Of a stretch of DNA of 64,000 bases, positions 50,090 through 62,380 are shown one piece after another. Origin of the DNA: Scyliorhinus canicula (taxonomy: Eukaryota); contig NC_052158.1 in assembly GCF_902713615.1 (NCBI RefSeq), positions 158,666,691-158,730,690 on the forward strand, written 5' to 3'. A model generated the notes under the pieces. That model made no database searches. It was not told where the DNA came from and saw only the letters and a list, made by a program, of their open reading frames with translations. Positions within the stretch are counted from its first letter, which is position 1. Every line of letters starts with the position of its first letter. The position numbers and the translations under genes are program-made.

Positions 50090-53000
50090 GCACAAGACCA
50101 TAAGACATAGGAGCAGAGATAGGCCCATCGTGAATACTCAGCCATTCAATCATGGCTGATATGCTTCCCACCCCCATTTTTCTGCCATTTCCCCATTACC
50201 CTTGATCCACTTTTCAATCAGGAACCAATTTATCTGAAAGACACTCAGTGACTTGGCCTCCACAGCCTTTTGCGGCAATGAGTCCCAATGATTCACAAAC
50301 CTCTGGCTGAAGAAATACCTCCTCATCTCATCTCGTCCCTTCCACCTGAGGCTGTGGCCTCGGGTTCCAGTTTCTCCTACTGGTAGAAATATCCTCTCCA
50401 CTTCACTCTATCTCGGCCTCTCAGTATCGGCAGCACAGTAGCACAAGTGGCTACCACTGTGCCTTCACGGCGCCACGGTCCCACGTTCGATTTCCCACTG
50501 GTCACTGTCTGTGTGGAATCTGCACGTTCTCGCCGTGTCTGTAGGTTTCCTCTGAGTGCTCTGGTTTCTCTCCCACAGTCCAAAGATGTGCAGGTTAGTT
50601 GGATTGGTCATGAAAAATTGCCCTTCTGACCAAAAAGGTTGGGAGGGGTTATTGGGTTACGGGGATAGGGTGAAAGTGAGGGATTAAGTGGGTCGGTGCA
50701 GACTCTGTGGGCCGAATGGCCACCTTCTGCACTGTACGTTCTATTTTTATGTTCTATTCTATAAGTTTCAATGACATCCCCCTTGAGCTTTCTAAACTCC
50801 ATCGAGTAAAGACACAGAGTGCTCAACAGCTCCTCATTGGACAAGTCCTCCAGTCGGTAGATCATTATTTTGAACCTACCGTGGACCCTCTCCAAGGCTA
50901 CCACATCCTTCCTCAGATTGGGGATCCCAAACTGCTCAGAATAGTCCAAATGTGATCTGATCAGAGATGGTAGAATTGCAGATAGCGATGAAGATGTCAG
51001 AGGTTACAACAGGATAGAGATTGGTTGGAGACTTGGTCGGGAGATGGCAGATGGAGTTGTATCCGGACAAATGTGACGCAATGCACTTTGGAAGATCTAA
51101 TGCATGTGGGAAATACTCAGTAAATGGCAGAACCCTCAAGAAAGATAGAGGGTTCTGGGTGTTCAGGTGCACAGGTACTGAAAATGGCAACGCAGTTTGA
51201 GAAGGTAGTCAAGAAGACATACAGCATGCTTACCTTAATCGGCAGGGGCATTGAGTAGCAAAATGGCAAGTCATGCTGCAGCTGCACAGAACCTTAGTTA
51301 AGTCAGATTTAGAATATTGTGTTCAATTCTAGTCGTAACACAACCAGCAGGATATGGAGGCTTTGGAAAGAGTACAGAGAGGATTTACCAGGGTGTTGCC
51401 TGGTATGGAGGCAATTAGCAATATGGAGAGTTTGAATAAACTTGCTTTATTCTCGCAGGAATACCGGAGGTTGAGGGTCAACCTGACGTACGTCTACAAC
51501 ATTATGAGAGGCACGGACAGAGTGGAAAGTCAGAAGTTTTTTTCCAGGGTGGAAGTGTCAATTACAAAGATTTGAGGTGCGTGGGGAAAAGTTCAGAGGA
51601 GATGTGCGAGAGAGGATTTTTACACAGAGGATACTGGGTGTCAGGAACTCGCTGCCAGCGGAGATCGTGTAAGCAGGTATGATAGCAACATTTCAGAGGT
51701 GTTTTGACAGATATATTGAATATGATGAGAATAGCCCCTGTCTTCCTTCTGCCAGTCAGCCAATATTCTATCTATGCCAGATCTTTTCCCCTAACACGAT
51801 GGACTCTCACATTATTTTGCAGCCACCTGTGTGGCACCTTGTCAAAGGCGTTCTGGAAATTTAAAGACATCACACCAGCAGGTTTTCCTCTGTCTAGCTT
51901 CCTTGTTACTTCCTCCAGCAATTCTCACATATATGTCAGACATGAACTTCCCTTGACGGATCCATGCTGACACTGTCCTGTTTTACTATGCACTTCTAAG
52001 TTTTCTGCAATTTCCTCCTCAATGATAGACTGCAAAACCTTCCAACAACCGAAGTCAAGCTCACAGGTCTAGAATGCTCTATCTTCTGCCCCCTCCCTTC
52101 GTAAGCAGCGATATTACGTTAGCCATTTTACAATCCTCTGGGGCACTCACTGCCTCCAATGATTATGGAAAGATCACCTGCAATGCCTCCACAACCTCCT
52201 TAGCTATCTCTTGCAGAAATTTGGCGTATTCTACCTATGGCTCGGGTGATTTATCCACCTGTAAACCTTTCAGTTTCGCCAGCACCGGGTACTTAGTGAT
52301 GGCCACTGCACTCACCTCTGCCTCTTGACTCCCTTGAATGTTTGGTACGCCACTGGTGTCTTTCGCTGTGATGACTGATGCAAAGTATATATTCAGCTCC
52401 CCTGCTATTGCTTGCTTCCCTATTACTGCTTCTCCAGCCTCATTTTCCCGTGGTCCAGTGTCTATTCTTGTTCCCCTCCTACCTTACATATATCGAAAAA
52501 AACCTCTTGATATCTAAGAACACGCACGAGCAGATTCAAGAGCAAATTCCCTGCTGTTACCAGATTCCTAAACGACCCTCTTATGGGCTGACCCGATTAA
52601 TACTACACTCCTGTATGCTTCATCTGATGCCGGTGTCTATGTATTTACATTGTCCACCTTGTGTTGTCCTATTATGTATTTCCTTTATATTTTAATTTAT
52701 TTTCATGCACTGAATGACGTGTTTGAGATGCTCTCAGAAAAATACTTTTCATTGTCCCTCAGTACACGTGACAATCAACAAATCCAATCCAATTCAATCC
52801 ACGCAATGTCTCATCCTCCTTGGGATGAATTTCTGTTGTCTCCCGAATAATCCCCAAAAGCTCCTGTCATTGCAGCTCAACAGCCTTCCACCTCTGGTCA
52901 GATTGTCCCTCATGTCTTTGTAGTTACTTCATTCAGTTGTAAGACCAGTACATCTGATTCGAGCTGCTCCCTCTCAAACTGCAGACTGAATGTTATCATA

Positions 53001-53400
53001 TTGTGGTCACAGGCCGCTAAGGGTTTCTTCATCTTACTTTCCCTAACCATATCTGCCTCATTACACATCACCAAATCCTGTATTACCTGTTCTCCAGAGG
53101 GTTCTAACACATGCTGCTCCAGTGTGTTTCATAGACATTCTGTAAATTCCTTTTCTTGGGATCCGCTACCGATCTGATTGTCTCTCCACCTACATATTGT
53201 TGTCCTCATGCTTACTGTAATATTGCCTTTCTGCCTCTTCATTTACTTTCTGCCTCACATCCTGTCCACTGATAGGGGACCTGGACGGAACTCCCATTAG
53301 GGTCTTTGTTTCATTTGGGATGCCTCAACTCTACCCACAGACGCTATGCCTTCCTACCGTATATCGCTTCTTACTATTGATTTACTATATCGATTATTGC
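50090..53400. mobile_element. Cluster of CR1 fragments (50090-50965 minus, 50970-51725 plus, 51725-53400 minus) with HE1 (50428-50755 plus) and Rex1 3' fragment (52510-52800 plus)
   Basis: FFSQRFVNHWDSLP, EALERVQRGFTRVLPG, DLVMCNEADMVRE motifs; HE1 body; Rex1 tail gtgacaatcaacaaatccaatcc. Confidence 0.75.
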
Positions 53401-55084
53401 TAGTGGTACATTGCTAGAAGGGATTTTAAGTTCTTAATCTAACCTTCTTGAAACAGGCCTGTGATGCAGCCACTATATAATCACCAAATACAGAAACATG
53501 GAGTGATAGTTTACCCAATTTATTGACCACATTCCATTAATTTATTAAATTCACTCCAATCATGCCTAGATTGCATAGTGTGGGGTGCTTTTCGAATACT
53601 TCCCACTTCCAAAGCATTCGGATGAACTGTTAGTTGGCTCTCCTAATGCAATTTTAGCCTTCTTTTCTCGTTTATAATTGATTCTCGAGCCAGCAAACCT
53701 GGTATATTAGTTTAAAACCCTCCCTGCCTGTAGGGCACTCGTCTCAATACATTTAATGTCCAACAGAGTTAATGCCCTCCCTGCTCCAGACATTTACCAG
53801 AAGCCGTTGGTGTGTGCATTTGCCTGTTAACTTTACTGATAGCGTTCATCTTATGCCCTGTAGTGCACGGGACTGGGGACCAGCCAACCGTTGCGAGCTT
53901 TGAATTCCTGCTTTTTGATCTCCACCAGAACATCTGACATTTTAACCTTCGGACTTGAACTTTTTCCTTTCCCATGTCATTAGGCCCCGATGGCAATGCT
54001 CATCGCAAATGCAGCACTATTCACTGATGCATTTTGCCCTGCCATTAATGTGGTTAAAGCATCATACAGGACTCATATTGGCGTTTGTGGAAAGGCCAGT
54101 TTATCCCCTGGTGATCCAACTCCCGATCACAACTACAGTGCTACGCGGTTTTCTGCCTCATTATGTGTATGTTGGTACGGTCATGATTGCATATTCACAA
54201 GGTCGGTCCACCAGACAGGAATTCAGTACCCCAGTTCACACATGCCGAACCGTGCACTGTCTGCCTCGTCCAGCAAGGAGCACCCTGTCAAGTTCCTTCT
54301 GCACGGTCTGGTGCTGACCAGTTCACCGAATTTCACTGCCTCCCTGTCTGCCGCAATTGCAGCTCAGAAAAAGTGAGTTTTGGAAAGGGGAGACAATTTC
54401 CGTACCTTTGGTTATCCAAATTACTACAGTGTGCTGGAGTTTGCAGAGCATGAAAACGTTGCAGTCAGCGGATCGGAGCTGCCCCACTATTTCTGTTTCT
54501 AATCACTCTTCGGTATAATTGGTAACACCGATTAGTTCTGCATTTTATCGTTTGTATATTATCTCGCGGCTTCTTAATTCACATCTGCGGTTATGAACCC
54601 AGCTGTGAGCCTGGAAAGTCCCGTTTTTTTGAGTAATGGTACCGACCTGAAGTGTTTGTGTAACTGTTGCCACAAGCAATTGCTTATCACCGCATCTTTG
54701 GTTGCAGCCTAATATACGACAGAACACTAAGATCTTTTTGATGCGATGCTTGCAGCAGTTTGCAGCAGCACTACAAGCTCTGGCGAGGAGAAACAAGTTG
54801 CTGAGCAGCGGGTTGGGTTACAGAGCAAAGTTTCAAATTGTTTACCCCGAGGCTTTCAAGAACTGTGCAAAAAGAAAATCAAAAAATCTCCTCAGCAAAA
54901 CAGCAAGTAGATTCATTCTACCAGAGAAAGTGGTTTAAAGGCATAGAGTATCTAATTTTGTCCCTTATCCGGCGTCAAATATGGTCTTGCTTATAGCCGT
55001 TCCATTCAGATAAAGCCGTTAACGTGGCAAATACTGCAATGCGTTTAAGGACGGTTCCAAAACCAATGGCAGAGCATAGCATCA

Positions 55085-58000
55085 GACCACAAGGCATAGG
55101 ACCAGAATAAGGTATTTCGGCCCATCGTGTCTGCTCCGCCATTCAATCATGGCTGACATGGTTCTCTTGCCTTCTCCCTATAACCCATGATCCCCTTATT
55201 CATCAGGAACCTATCTACCTCTGTCTTAAAGGCACTCAGTGAGTTCGCCTCCTTAGCCTACTGCGCAAAGAGTTCCAATGATTAACCATCCTCTGACTGA
55301 AGAAATTCCTCCTCATCTCAGTTTTAAAAGATCACCCCGTTAGTCTGAGGGTATGCCCTCTGTTTCTAGTTTCTCCTACTAGTCTATCTCAGCCTCGCAG
55401 TGTCCTGTAAGATTCAATAAGATCCGCCCTCATCCTTCTCAACTTTATTTTCACAAGTAGGCTTACATTAACACTGCAATAAAGTTACTGTGAATAACTC
55501 ATAGTCACCACATATCAGCGCCTGTTCGGGCACACAGAGGGAGAGTTCAGAATGTCCACATCAGCTAATAGCTCGTCTTTCGGGACTAGTGGGAGGAAAC
55601 CGGAACACCCGGAGAAAACCGACACAGACACAAGGAGAATGTACAGACACAAGGGGAATGTGCAGACTCCGCGCAGGTAGTGTCCAGCCGGGAATCGAAT
55701 CAATGACCCTGGCACTGTGAGGCCACAATGCTAACCGCTGTCCTACCGTGCTGCCTGTACAGACCCAGATTTCTCAACCACTCCTCATATGACAAACTCT
55801 TCATTCCAGGGATCATTCCAGTCAACCTCCTCTGGACTCTTTCCAAGGCCAGCATATCATATCTTAGATTCGGGGCCCAAACCGGCTTACAATATTCCAA
55901 ATGTGTTCTTACAAGATTCTTATATCTGTAATCATGTATTCTAGCCCTCTCGACATGAATGCTAACATTGCATTTGCCTTCCTAACTGCCAACTGAACCT
56001 GCTGCTTACCCTTAAGAGACTGTTGAAATAGCACGCCTAAGTCCCTTTGTGCTTCTGATTACCTCAGCCTTTTCCCATTTTGAAAATAGTCAATGTCAAC
56101 ATTTGTCTCACCAAAGTGCGTTACCTCACACTTTTATGCATCCTATTCCATCTGACAATTCTTTTCCCACTCTCCCCGCCTTTCCAAGTCCTTATTCTGC
56201 CCTCCTGCTTCCTCCTTACTACCTGTCGCTCTGCATATCTTTGTATCATATGCAAACTTAGCAACTGTGCCTTCAGTTCCCTCTTCCATGTCCGTAATGT
56301 ATAACATGAATAATTGTAGCATCAACACTGACACATGTGGCACTCCCCAAGTCACGGCTACCGCCTTGAAACGGACGGCTTATATCCCCACTCTGCGCCT
56401 TCTACCAGTCAGCCAATCGTCTATCCATGCCAGTAAATTACCCTTAACATGCTAGGCTCTTAACATATTTAACAGCCTCCTGTACAACACCTTGACAAAG
56501 GTCTTCTTGAAATCGAAATATATCACGTTTACTGGTCCTCCTTTGCCTATCTTCCTTGCTGCCTCCTCAAAGAATTCTAACAAATTTGTCAGACATGATC
56601 TCCCCTGGATGAAGTAGTGGGGACTAGGTTTTATTTTATCATGCATTTCCAAGTACTCTGCAGTCCCATCTTTAATAGTGGACTGTAAAATCTGACCAAT
56701 GACCGAAGACAGGCTCAACAGCCCAGAATTTCCCGTCTTCTGTCTCCGAACATTCTTAACCAGGAATATTAATTTAGTCATTTTCCTGTTCTTTGGCACC
56801 CTCACTGCCTCCAATGATTCCTGAACGATTACCTCCAATGCCTCCGTAATCTTCTCAATTATCTCCTTTAGAAACCTGGGATGTAGTCCTCCGGTCCAGA
56901 TGATTGATCAAACTTCAGACCTTTTATATTACTAACTGTCCCACACTCACACCTTATGTTACCCCCCCCCCCCATGAACCCACCACTACCTTATTACTTT
57001 TGTGGTTGTCCTCTGCTCACATTTAATATCTTCACAATCCTCTTGCTTCCCACTAATCTTCACAACTTTGAATGCTTTTTATTTTTATTTTATGCTGTCC
57101 TTGACTTCACTGCTCAGCCATAAATGTCTCGTCCTCCCCTTAGCATGTTTTCTCCTGCTTCGCACAAATTTCTATGGTACCTCCCGAAGGGCAGCACGGT
57201 AGCATTCTGGATAGCATAAATGCTTCACAGTTCCAGGGTCCTAGGTTCGATTCGTGCTTGGGTCACTGCCTGTGCAGAGTCTGCACATCCTCCCCGTGTG
57301 TGCGTGGGTTTCCTCCGGGTTCTTCGGTTTCCACCCACAGTCCAAAGATGTGCAGGTTAGGTGGATTGGCCATGATAAATTGCCCTTAGTGTCCAAATTT
57401 GCCCTTAGGGTGGGGTTACTGGGTTATGGGGATGGGGTGGAGGTGTTGATCTTGGGTGGGGTGCTCTTTCCAGGAGCCGGTGCAGATTCGATGGGCCGAG
57501 TGGCCTCCTTCTGCACTGTAAATTCTATGAATAACCCCCAAATACTGCCGCATTGTTGTTTAACTGTGTTCCCTGCTACACCCTGCTTCGAACTAACTCT
57601 GGCCAGCTCCTCGCTGATGTCTTTGTAGTTACCCTTGTCCAATTTTAACACTGCTACATCTGTTTCCAGCTTCTCCCTCTCAGACTGCAAGATAAATTCT
57701 ATCTTGTTGTGGCCACGGCTCCTTAAATGTTCCTTCACCTTAAATTCCCTAATCATGTCAGGCTCACGACACATCACCAAATTCGGAATTGCTTCTTGCC
57801 TATAGGGCTCTGTCATAAGCTGCTCCATAAATCCAGCTCGTAGACGTTCCAAAAATTCATTTTCTTGGGATTCACTACCAGCTTGATTTCCCCATTGCAC
57901 TGGAATATTGAAGTACCCCATGATTATAGTAATATTGCGTCTCTTAAATACTGTTTCCATCTCCTGGTTTCTACTCAGCCCCACGTCCTGACTACTGCTT

Positions 58001-58200
58001 GGGAGGGGGGGAGGGGGGGGGGGCGATATATAACTCCCATCAGCGTATTTTGTCCTTTGCGATTCCTCAAGTCTACCCTAAAATATGCTATATCATCCGA
58101 TCCAATATTGCTTCTTGCTATCGATTTAGTTCAACTGGCATTACAGCCCGCCCCTTCTGCCCATCTGTTTGTCCATTAGATAGTACAATATCAATATCCA
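55085..58200 (-). mobile_element. CR1 LINE (EN+RT, decayed) with nested chimeric SINE (55445-55755 minus) and HE1 (57189-57530 plus)
   Basis: IMGYFN, NLVMCREPDMIRE, GRSCLTNLLEFFE, AKFAYDTKI, ALERVQRRLTGMIPG. Confidence 0.85.
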
Positions 58201-58209
58201 TTTTCTGAA

Positions 58210-59740
58210 GGGGGTGAAGGCCAACATGTTTGCATGGTGCGTAGCCCTGTGCCTAACCATGTCCACCGTTATACATGGTGGCCCTGGGTGGCAGCGCCGG
58301 CTCAGACCCCACATGTCCCACTCCCACACCCTGGCCCCATCGGTGGCTGGCTCCGTGTGAATGACTGGCCCTGGAGCCTGTTCCCAATGCCAGGGGTTCA
58401 GTCGGCCTCGGTATCAGGCATGGTCGGCACAACCGCTTGCTCCTACATATCGTCGGACTCCTTCAACTGCACATGCAGGTGCTGGATGCTCGTCGACACC
58501 CATTCTTGTAGTGCATGGATCTGGTACTGCATCTGCAAAATCGATGGGACGCCTGAAACCTATAAGGACAGAAGCAAATTCCTGGGTCGTACTGCCCTAT
58601 GACCATCCGCTCCCTCGCGAGTTCCTGCGTTCCACTTGATGTACTGGGTCAGCTGTGCGGTGCACACCACATAGTGCCCAAGGAACCACTTCACTACCGT
58701 GCCCAACTGAGGTGGATGTCTCTAGGGTGGTGGAGGGTGTTGCATACAGCTGTGACGGGAAATCCAAACCAACATTGGACTCGATCTCCAGGGTGTTCAG
58801 AGCCTCGGGTCGAGGGCTGCTTGCTAAGCTCCGCTCCACTTCACTGCTCGGCTGAAGAGGGTCGCGGCGGGGTGGGGAGGAGGTGTCCTCCGGCTGTGGC
58901 ACTGGTTGTGGACAGGGGACACAGGATGGACCTATCCCATCATCAGCAGGTCCTGCAAGTCACAAGGCAAGATGCATGAATTTATGAAAATACCGCGGGG
59001 CACGGGTATTGCGGGGATGGGCATCAGGGTCAGCGTGACGAGGGTTGTGTGAGGCTGAGGGTCAGGGTGGAGTGGGGTTGGTTTTCGAGTTGAGGGTAAT
59101 GGTGTCGGTGCTGTGTTAACACATGTGTCACGGGGAACTGCAAATCAGCATGGTCTCAGTTTCTTTTCCACTGCCATGACGACCTTTCCTTCAGGTCGCC
59201 GACCACATTCAGGGACCACTACTCAGCCACAGTGAGGGACCGCGGTTCAGGTACCGCCCCCCCCCCCCCCCCCCCCAGTTTTCTCCACTGCTGGCACTTT
59301 TGAACAGTCTCTTTTATTGATGGTGGGGGAATAGAAAATGTCTGTGTCAGGCAGTCCGACGCATGCAGCCCAGGGGATCCGTGGCTGGTGACCTCATTGA
59401 CCAGGGCATCCGGCCATGGAGCCTGGGATAGGTGACAGCACAAAATGCAGCATAGGGGTTTGGCTGCTCTCCAGGAGAGGGTGGGTCGGGTTTTGGGTGT
59501 GTTTGTCACGGGTTAGTGCCAGGAAAGCAATGTTGCCTACTCACCCTAGACGCCCTGAGGAGGGCGTGCAGTTTTCTTAAGGCACTGCCGGCCAGTCCTG
59601 ATGGTGTTGCTCACGGCACTGACCACCACTGCGAACTGCTCCCAGGAACGGCGGGAGGCGACGGCTGACAGCTGCCTTCCCGGACTGGGTGCAGGGTGAA
59701 CCACCTCTCCTCCACCTCATCCAGAAGGGTTTCCAGCTCG
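58210..59740 (-). mobile_element. PIF/Harbinger DNA transposon fragment (Myb/SANT-like protein gene, spliced, decayed)
   Basis: DIELETLLDEVEER..TL.P...W...AVVVSAVS.T.RTG.QC.KK; GTGAGT donor at 59539-59544; next segment RK.GGG..P.PR.LT.AE; GC-rich. Confidence 0.65.
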
Positions 59741-59744
59741 ATAT

Positions 59745-60760
59745 CAGAAATTTGTCGTATTTGGCAAATGGTGAATGTGACAGAAACCCCAGTGAAGGTT
59801 CCCACGGCAGAAAACCCTGAACGAAAATGTATTACAGGAGAGTTGTCGGTCACGCCCTCCTATCTGACAGATTATCCACAAGATGATCCATAAATAATTA
59901 AGCAACATATTACGGCATTTGCGCATCACAGACATGACTGTGGCTGAATGGTGGGATAAATTGGGCTAGAAAACCCAGACCTCAAGCCACAGATGCTGTA
60001 CTGCTTCCCCAAACTGTCGGGATGTGAAATTATAACCGAATTGGTAATGTTGCCACCTGCTGCATCCACAAATAATTCACCAATTCGGCCTGTAAGAAAG
60101 CCGGACGGACCCTGCCACCTGATAATTGACTATCGAGAATTAGATAGGACTACTCTTTTGACTGCACCTACGGTCGCACGTCCAGCCGCATGTTAAAACA
60201 GGCCCCACACGCTCAATATTTTACTGTATTAGATACCGGTAAAGATTTCTTATCAATTTCCTTGAAGAGGGAAAGCTGGTTCAAGTTTAAATTTACCTTT
60301 GAAGACCAACAATACACGTGGACCTGTTTTTCCCAAGGGTTCACAATTCACCTTTAATTTTTCAGCAAACAGGACTCGAATTTCTTTCGAGGCCGAGTGC
60401 TTTCCGTCGGTTGATGACCTCCTCCTGCGGATGGACGGAATGGTGGACCAGCTCAAACTTCTCGCCGAGCTGTTGATATACCTCACATCTCTGCGTATTT
60501 AAAAAGGGCCACAAGAAAGCTCTGATCATGAAGCCTCAAGTGACGTTTTTGGGAACAACCATAACTTATGGATAATGGTAGATCGAGGACAACCGTGTAG
60601 AAACATTATTAAAGCTTCCATTTCGTAGACAAATAAAGTCCCTCCGATACTTTCTAGGATTAGCCAGCCACTGCTGTAACAGCATTGATAACTTTGCCAC
60701 AATGGTAGGTCTGTTGTCGTGACTCCTCAAGAAGTTCTCCCAGGGCAATAGATGGGATGG
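59745..60760 (+). mobile_element. Retrovirus-like LTR-element pol (RT) fragment
   Basis: AFAHHRHDCG; STNNSPIRPVRKPDG..LIIDYRELD; QYFTVLD...FKFTFEDQQYTWT..SQGF/HNSP; SVDDLLL; VTFLG; LRYFLGL. Frameshifts and stops present. Confidence 0.8.
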
Positions 60761-60769
60761 CATAGCCAT

Positions 60770-61190
60770 GCCATTGTGGAGATTTGCCCACTTTCAACCC
60801 TGCCAACACCTCCAATACCTTTTCACTCCCCATGAAAATGTTATCCAGAACCCCACATTTTCTCTGACTGAGTTCGAGATCTAACACCACATTGTTTTGA
60901 GTGAAGACAGATACAAAGTATTAATTCAATATCCTTCCAAGTTCTTCTTGCTCTATCCTTGTTCTCTAATGGGCCCTATCCTTTCCCTGGCAATATTATA
61001 CCAACTGATATACTTCGAGAACACATGGAGACTTTCCATACTTTTACCAGCCAAAGTGTTCTCATTTCCCTCCTTTGCTCTTCCAATTGATTTATTTAGC
61101 TCCATTCTGCACTCTCTGTTCTCCACTAATGCCTCCATACATTTGTTCCCCTTGTACTTGCTGAAGACATTTCTATTCCTTATCATGCAA
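60770..61190 (-). mobile_element. CR1 ORF2 fragment
   Basis: VFSKYI...ARERIGPIR; VLEVLAGLKVGKSP. Confidence 0.7.
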
Positions 61191-61642
61191 ATCAAACTTC
61201 ACCGCCTACAGTAGGAATCTGGGGACCGCCATTTCTCATGGCCCTGTCCTCACCACCTCCCGCATTCGTCATGGGGCTTGTCTGTGTGAGGGTTGTGCTT
61301 GTTTCCTCTCGGTATGTGCTTGGTGCAGAATATCTTGTAACTTGGGTAAGCCGTTGCACATTAGCAGATGCACGGTCCTTCACATTGGTAGGTCCAGGAG
61401 GAGTAGCAAGGGAACCTTGACGACTGGGCATCTTCCTACTGCTGAAACCTACAACATTCATTGCATCTGCTGATACCATACAAGCACAGTCTTCCTGATT
61501 CTCTGTTGAGAACTTGCTTTGGATTGTGTTTTGTCTGGTTCCTTCCGTCCAACATTACCATCATGGGTGACCCTGCCAGGAACTGCCATCTCCCAGCAGC
61601 GTTGGTCTCAGTATCAAAAGAACGTTCAACTATCTCCACTAC

Positions 61643-61872
61643 GGGCAGCATGGTGGCGCAATGGGTTAGCCCTGCAGCCTCACGGCGCCGAAGACCCAGG
61701 TTCGATCCCGGCCCTGGGTCACTGTCTGTGTGGAATTTGCACATTTTCCCTGTGTTTGCGTGTGTTTCGCACCCACAACCCAAAGGTGTGCAGGCGAGGT
61801 GGATCAGTCACTCTAAATTGCCACTAAATTGGAAAGAAATGAATTGGGTAGTCTAAATTTATTTTTAAAAAA
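61643..61872 (+). mobile_element. Short A-tailed HE1-derived SINE with 16-bp TSD
   Basis: TSD caactatctccactac (61627-61642) / caactacctccaccac (61873-61888). Confidence 0.85.
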
Positions 61873-62380
61873 CAACTACCTCCACCACAACAAGGTGGCA
61901 ATCCAAGAAAAAGAGTACCAAAACATTGGGTGTCCTCCATTCATCTGGAACATCTCCAGTGGCCAGAGTGAATTTGACAATTGGCATCAGAGCTCTTGCA
62001 ATCACCTTCCTTCCCTGTGTTTGTATCCACTTTTAATCTCATTAGGCTCCAATTACCTCCATCCTGTCAATGCGAATCTTCTCAATGATATCACTGTTCC
62101 TGCCCTTGTGCTTTTCCTTCCACACAATCCTTCTGCGTAGTGTTGACATATGCAAAATTCACGTTTCATGCCCCACCTTCACCTTCGATGTTACGACCCC
62201 AGAATGAAGCCCGAAAGATTTAGAGGAGATGTGAGGAAAATATTTTCACACAGCTGGTGGTTAGAATGCGGAAATTAAATGGTGGTGGTGACAGAAACCC
62301 TCGTAATATTTAAAACGCATTTATATGTGCATTGGCTATGCCTAGGCATACACGTCAATGGGCCATGTGCTGGAAAATGG

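Noticed and set aside
53955-54453. Overlapping 88-128 aa plus-strand ORFs with GTGAGT at ~54373
   Set aside because: No recognisable domain, acceptor or partner exons; insufficient support for a gene.
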